Shown in pieces: positions 59,993-64,000 of a stretch of 64,000 bases of DNA. The DNA comes from a virus. How positions within the stretch are numbered: the first letter of the stretch is position 1; each line of letters begins with the position of its first letter. The translations under genes and the position numbers were made by a program. Where the stretch lies: the IMG/VR virus record IMGVR_UViG_3300004481_000068. One strand, given 5' to 3'. A model generated the notes under the pieces. That model made no database searches. It was not told the DNA's origin and was given only the letters and a program-made list of their open reading frames with translations.

Positions 59993-60060
59993 GTGACTGT
60001 AACAAGTCACAAAACTCGTACCAATAAAAAGGTACAACAACCGAACCGATAAAAAGGTTC
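59993..60060 (+). promoter_or_regulatory. Three tandem leader hairpins
   Basis: GTGACT-GTAACA-AGTCAC; GTACC-AATAAAAA-GGTAC; GAACC-GATAAAAA-GGTTC. Confidence 0.55.
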
Positions 60061-60080
60061 AAATTGAAAGGACAAAGACA

Positions 60081-60995
60081 ATGAGTACCGCAAATCTTAG
60101 TTCCCGCATTGAAGAAGCAGCACCGATTCTCCAGCCTTTTTTAAAAGACAAGAAAGCTGCTGACATTATTAAAACTGCACTGCAAGACATTGGTGTTGAT
60201 GACACAGAGTTAGGCATGAAAATTCTTAGTGCACAGTCTACGACTGATAATGATTTCGAGAATGCATTAAGAGCAAAAGGTTTTGATTTGCCATTGCCGC
60301 GCATTAAAATTGCATGGCTGATGTTAAAAGGTCAAGATCCTTTTGCGGAAAAAGAAATGTCATTGACACCACACGATCCGTCTCTTGTTGAAGCAATAGT
60401 TAAACAACTTGAGAAACAAAAACCCATTGGTCAGTGGTCAGACACTGAGCTTCTACAGATTTATAAGAAGGATTGTCCTCCTCAGGTAGAAGAAGAACTT
60501 GCTAAGAGGTCAAAGAATCGTCCGTGTATCATATTTAATGATGACAATAGCTCTATTATTCTTGATGTCTGTATAGAGCTATTGAGGCAGGCTCGTCATC
60601 AAGTGACACCCGGCACATATCTTGTGACAGGCAAACTTTATCCAGTGTACAAAATTGGTGACTTTCCAATGAGTGTTCTCTTCGAGTGTCCGATTCACTC
60701 AAACGTATTACTTGTTGACGGTTATTGCGAAGAATGTGGTATGAAATGGGATGATTTTGAGAAGAACAAGGAAAAGTACATTTTCCTGAGATTAGTAGCT
60801 GAGACAACCAAAATCGAACCTGTTGCTCTTCGCATGTATCTGACGCAGTCGTTTGAGGAGTTAACAAAACTTTATCCAAAAGTGTTGTTAACTTACAAGG
60901 AACTGCTTGAAGAGGAGAAGCTGCCGACACTAAAGCGGCGTCTCTCAAGTGCAAAAGACGGCGACCCTTTCAGAGTCGTACACAAATCGTACTAA
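60081..60995 (+). CDS. Hypothetical protein with Zn-ribbon-like motif
   Basis: 304 aa; CPIH...CEEC; SD AAAGGA. Confidence 0.7.
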   Translation: MSTANLSSRIEEAAPILQPFLKDKKAADIIKTALQDIGVDDTELGMKILSAQSTTDNDFENALRAKGFDLPLPRIKIAWLMLKGQDPFAEKEMSLTPHDPSLVEAIVKQLEKQKPIGQWSDTELLQIYKKDCPPQVEEELAKRSKNRPCIIFNDDNSSIILDVCIELLRQARHQVTPGTYLVTGKLYPVYKIGDFPMSVLFECPIHSNVLLVDGYCEECGMKWDDFEKNKEKYIFLRLVAETTKIEPVALRMYLTQSFEELTKLYPKVLLTYKELLEEEKLPTLKRRLSSAKDGDPFRVVHKSY

Positions 60996-61005
60996 TGACA
61001 GCAGC

Positions 61006-61033
61006 AAGAGGAGGACGAAAGTCCTCCTCTTTA
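61006..61033 (+). terminator. Terminator with GNRA loop
   Basis: AAGAGGAGGAC-GAAA-GTCCTCCTCTT followed by T. Confidence 0.7.
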
Positions 61034-61046
61034 AAAGGATGGAAAT

Positions 61047-62321
61047 ATGAACAGTGCTAGAGATATTTTAGGATTTAGTGTTGCTCCAAATATGCATCGT
61101 ATAATGATGGCTAACGGTTTTTATGCTGCAATTATGCGAGCTGATAAAAAGAGTGACAAGGGCAATCAAGGTTTGCCGCCAGGCATACCTATTCCAGTTT
61201 TACCTGTAGATTACCTTAAAAATCGACCTGATTTTTGGGTAGGCGGGCAAGGATCATATGTTTGCCCTGTTGATTCAGATTGGGCTTTATGGTTCAATTG
61301 GTCGATGAACAATACTAACATCGCGATTTTGACGTCTGTTAAAGGTATGAATCCTCTAACAGGTCAGCGCGTAAATGGTCTTGGATTGGAACAATACATG
61401 GGAAAATGTCCAATTCATGATGTCACATTACAACACGGTAAACTTTGTCCTGAATGTAATTTTAAATGGCCTGATCAAAACTACATAACTGATCCAAATC
61501 CATTTTATCTTGACGGATTTAGGTCAGCTGATGGTGTAGTACGGCAATTTTATTTTACTGAGGATATGGCAAAGTCAATTCCTGAGTTAGTTATTGGTAA
61601 AGATGATACTGTGCCTGCATTTGGATTTTGTTTTTATGGTTTGAAAGTTAATGATGTAAAGTATGAGAATGGTAATAGATTTAAAGATAAATTTCCCGTT
61701 GAATCTTTAACTGAAAGTCGCGGCACTCTTAGTATACTTCGAGGTTTTTCAGGTTATTCAGGCACAGGTTCTATAGGTTTCCCTGGAGTGTATTATTCTT
61801 CTAGTTTAAGTAAATCAGCAGACATGTCTGCTGCTGACATTAGATATAGTTCATCAGGAGAAACAAAATGCTTTCTTTCAACTTCTAAGTCTAAGTCAGC
61901 AGAGTCCAAGACATCAGGAGGTCCGATTCTTCCTGCTGCATGCTTTAATTTAGCTGATGATAGTATTGGTTCTACTTTAAATGAAAGATCATTTAGTGAT
62001 GAGTCAATAGCTATGTCAGACAGTAAACTTGTAGCAGACGAGCCTGTGGCAGCATCTTTTAGTCCAGAACTCTTACGCAAGAGTGTTAGAAAAATACATG
62101 CATCTGCTGAAGTTGGTATTGGCGCAGGTGCAAAGATTAAGCAGGCATTTGCTAAAGATGCAAGATGCATAGATGAATGGCAAGAAAAACCTGCAGGCAT
62201 TATTCGTGTTTATTTTGTTTTTCGCGAGCAGTTTGAACGATATGTAGAAGATGGATTGAAAGATTTATCTGGTTGTAAAGAATGTTTTATGGAAGGCTTA
62301 CCTGTAGGAGGTGCAAGATGA
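61047..62321 (+). CDS. Hypothetical protein
   Basis: 424 aa; NPLTG, QNY...P...LDGF....G.VRQF, and C-terminal GIGAGAKIKQ...D...W...RVYFV; central Ser-rich spacer. Confidence 0.65.
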   Translation: MNSARDILGFSVAPNMHRIMMANGFYAAIMRADKKSDKGNQGLPPGIPIPVLPVDYLKNRPDFWVGGQGSYVCPVDSDWALWFNWSMNNTNIAILTSVKGMNPLTGQRVNGLGLEQYMGKCPIHDVTLQHGKLCPECNFKWPDQNYITDPNPFYLDGFRSADGVVRQFYFTEDMAKSIPELVIGKDDTVPAFGFCFYGLKVNDVKYENGNRFKDKFPVESLTESRGTLSILRGFSGYSGTGSIGFPGVYYSSSLSKSADMSAADIRYSSSGETKCFLSTSKSKSAESKTSGGPILPAACFNLADDSIGSTLNERSFSDESIAMSDSKLVADEPVAASFSPELLRKSVRKIHASAEVGIGAGAKIKQAFAKDARCIDEWQEKPAGIIRVYFVFREQFERYVEDGLKDLSGCKECFMEGLPVGGAR

Positions 62322-63049
62322 GTAAACAAAAGATGAATTTAATAGATCTACTTTTTATTGTTGATGTTACAGGTTCGATGGGTGGATTCATTGATGAAGC
62401 TAGAAAACGAATGCGATCAATTCTTGAATCATTAACAGCAAAATTTGGGATTGATTTGAAAGTCGGATTAAGTCTCTATCGAGATCATCCATCGCAGGAT
62501 TCATCATTTGTTACAGTGACATTTTCTTTAATGGATGTGAAGGACATTCAAGAGAAAATTTCACTTATACAAGTTGGTGGTGGTGGTGATTTTCCTGAAG
62601 CTGTGCTAGATGGTGTGATTGATGGAGTAAATGACATGCAATGGCGAGATAATAGTCGTCGAATAGCTTTTTTGATCGGAGATGCACCGGCACATGGCAT
62701 GTATGAAAATGATTCATGCTGTCTTTGTGGCAAGACATGGGGTGATGCAATTGCTACATCTCAAGATAAAAAAATCGTTATCTATTCTATAGTTTTAAGT
62801 GATAGTATAGACGCAATAGCCAACTTTAAAATGCTTTCAAATTTTACTGGAGGCTTGTTGATACAAGGTAAAGATGCAATGAATGCTATCATTACTACAC
62901 TTAAATCTACATTTGACGATATTAATCTTGATTCAAAGGTCTTGGAGATGTTATCAAAAGATTGTGACAACGACGATATTTGTAAAATGTTAAAAATTGA
63001 TCGTGAAAAATTGTCAATGTCAAAATCAAGAATTGTGCAATATTCATAA
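62318..63049 (+). CDS. vWA-domain protein (alpha-kinase-associated type)
   Basis: FIVDVTGSM, YRDH, GGGDFPEAV.DG, LIGDAPAHG; start 62318 after SD AGGAGG. Confidence 0.85.
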   Translation: MSKQKMNLIDLLFIVDVTGSMGGFIDEARKRMRSILESLTAKFGIDLKVGLSLYRDHPSQDSSFVTVTFSLMDVKDIQEKISLIQVGGGGDFPEAVLDGVIDGVNDMQWRDNSRRIAFLIGDAPAHGMYENDSCCLCGKTWGDAIATSQDKKIVIYSIVLSDSIDAIANFKMLSNFTGGLLIQGKDAMNAIITTLKSTFDDINLDSKVLEMLSKDCDNDDICKMLKIDREKLSMSKSRIVQYS

Positions 63050-63073
63050 GTTTGTATTAATTCTTTAGTTAAT

Positions 63074-63102
63074 AAAAGCCGGTCATTTGATCGGCTTTTT
63101 TA
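63074..63102 (+). terminator. Rho-independent terminator
   Basis: AAAAGCCGGTCA-TT-TGATCGGCTTTT followed by TT. Confidence 0.75.
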
Positions 63103-63261
63103 TTTTCCCTTTATACTCAAGCTATCTTTGATAGTTGAAATGTCTGTCACGCTTGTAGATGATTAATTAATAGCTGCATAACTACCAGCTTAGTCAAGAT
63201 TTACATCAGATGTATTAAATTAAAAAAAGAACTAAAAACAACCTTATAATAGGAGGACGTT

Positions 63262-64000
63262 ATGTCAAAAGTCTCGTCAATTGCGGGTGTCTCGTCAAAA
63301 TTGGACACACCGGCTTTTAATGATCCGAAGTTTGCTTTAGCAGATCCAGTAGTCGGAATGTTAGTGAAGGATTTTTATGATCCGACAGCTGCGATCCCAA
63401 CAGGTGGTGTAATTGGTGATGTGCACGTAGCTTCTGCTACAGCTAATGGATGGACAGTTAATCGTATTTACACATGCACAGCTATTGCAGGTGCTGTGGC
63501 TATTGTAGAAGATGCCGGCACTTATACTGCTGGATCAATGTCAGCAACATGGTTTCTTAATGGAAGTGCCACTGCTCATACGACAACTGTGGCGTATGAT
63601 ACTAATAAGGCTACTACTATAGCAGCTTTAGCTACTGCATGGCAGGTTGCAATTAGAGCGGCTATTGCCGGTGATGCTGCTTCAACTGTTGCTTATGGAG
63701 CCCCCACAATAACTGTTACACCGAAAGCCGGTAATTATGTTATTGTTACCGCTGTTGGTTGGACAGGTCTTGCAGGCAATATAACAATTCTTTCTATTAC
63801 GGGACCGGTTCGTACATGGACAGCAACAATACCACTGACGGGTCAGAATGCTTACAATGTTGCTTTAGGCAGAAGTTATAAGTTTGATGGCACGTCTTGG
63901 ATTGCTGGGACAGCATCTGCACTTATTGATCAGCCCGTAACTAGTGCAGCTGGTATTTCATCGCCTGTTTATAATGTTTCAAAAGAAGGCATTGGTACTG
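63262..64000 (+). CDS. Putative virion structural protein (truncated at window edge; absent from ORF track)
   Basis: SD AGGAGG; my translation MSKVSSIAGVSSKLDTPAFNDPKFALADPV...ASATANGWTVNRIY... shows no stop to 64000; A/T/G/V-rich. Confidence 0.65.
   Translation, partial: MSKVSSIAGVSSKLDTPAFNDPKFALADPVVGMLVKDFYDPTAAIPTGGVIGDVHVASATANGWTVNRIYTCTAIAGAVAIVEDAGTYTAGSMSATWFLNGSATAHTTTVAYDTNKATTIAALATAWQVAIRAAIAGDAASTVAYGAPTITVTPKAGNYVIVTAVGWTGLAGNITILSITGPVRTWTATIPLTGQNAYNVALGRSYKFDGTSWIAGTASALIDQPVTSAAGISSPVYNVSKEGIGT

Noticed and set aside
1-64000. Alternative genetic code (TAG or TGA reassignment), common in some huge phages
   Set aside because: Long recognisable enzymes are intact under code 11, and TAA, TAG and TGA all end genes at overlaps with the next start
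1-64000. Diversity-generating retroelement suggested by the 57-bp and 42-nt repeat pairs
   Set aside because: No reverse transcriptase in the window; repeats are short and mismatches are too few to show an adenine bias

Overview
AT-rich, gene-dense 64-kb segment that most likely comes from a very large (jumbo/huge) dsDNA bacteriophage. This is inference: there are dozens of short unassignable ORFs in strand blocks, putative virion genes and scattered auxiliary genes, with no bacterial housekeeping operon. No terminase, major capsid protein or polymerase is visible in the window. Recognisable content: (i) at least 11 otherwise unrelated proteins that share a 15-aa N-terminal leader (M-K-H-L-A-x-I-Q-x-E-F-L-K-x-A), usually followed by a W-x-x-L-S...Y-L-x-x-H-P-K-S-K-R-R-L segment, a candidate capsid-targeting/ejection address; one carries an ADP-ribosyltransferase-like domain. 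(ii) Three glycan/methylation loci, including UDP-galactopyranose mutase, GT2/GT4 glycosyltransferases, a radical SAM enzyme and methyltransferases. (iii) An NAD-salvage and signalling operon: NAPRTase, NadE, Ogg, PP2C, Ser/Thr kinase, nicotinamidase-like hydrolase, vWA, macro domain and a degenerate HD protein. (iv) Isolated HPr, SET-domain, GH5 lipoprotein, ATP-grasp, NTase and HNH genes. (v) Several non-coding elements: a 42-nt intergenic repeat 14 kb apart, a GC-rich pseudoknot candidate, tandem covarying hairpins, a 57-bp duplication and a 12-bp tandem array. All assignments come from motif reading by eye; no database search was run.
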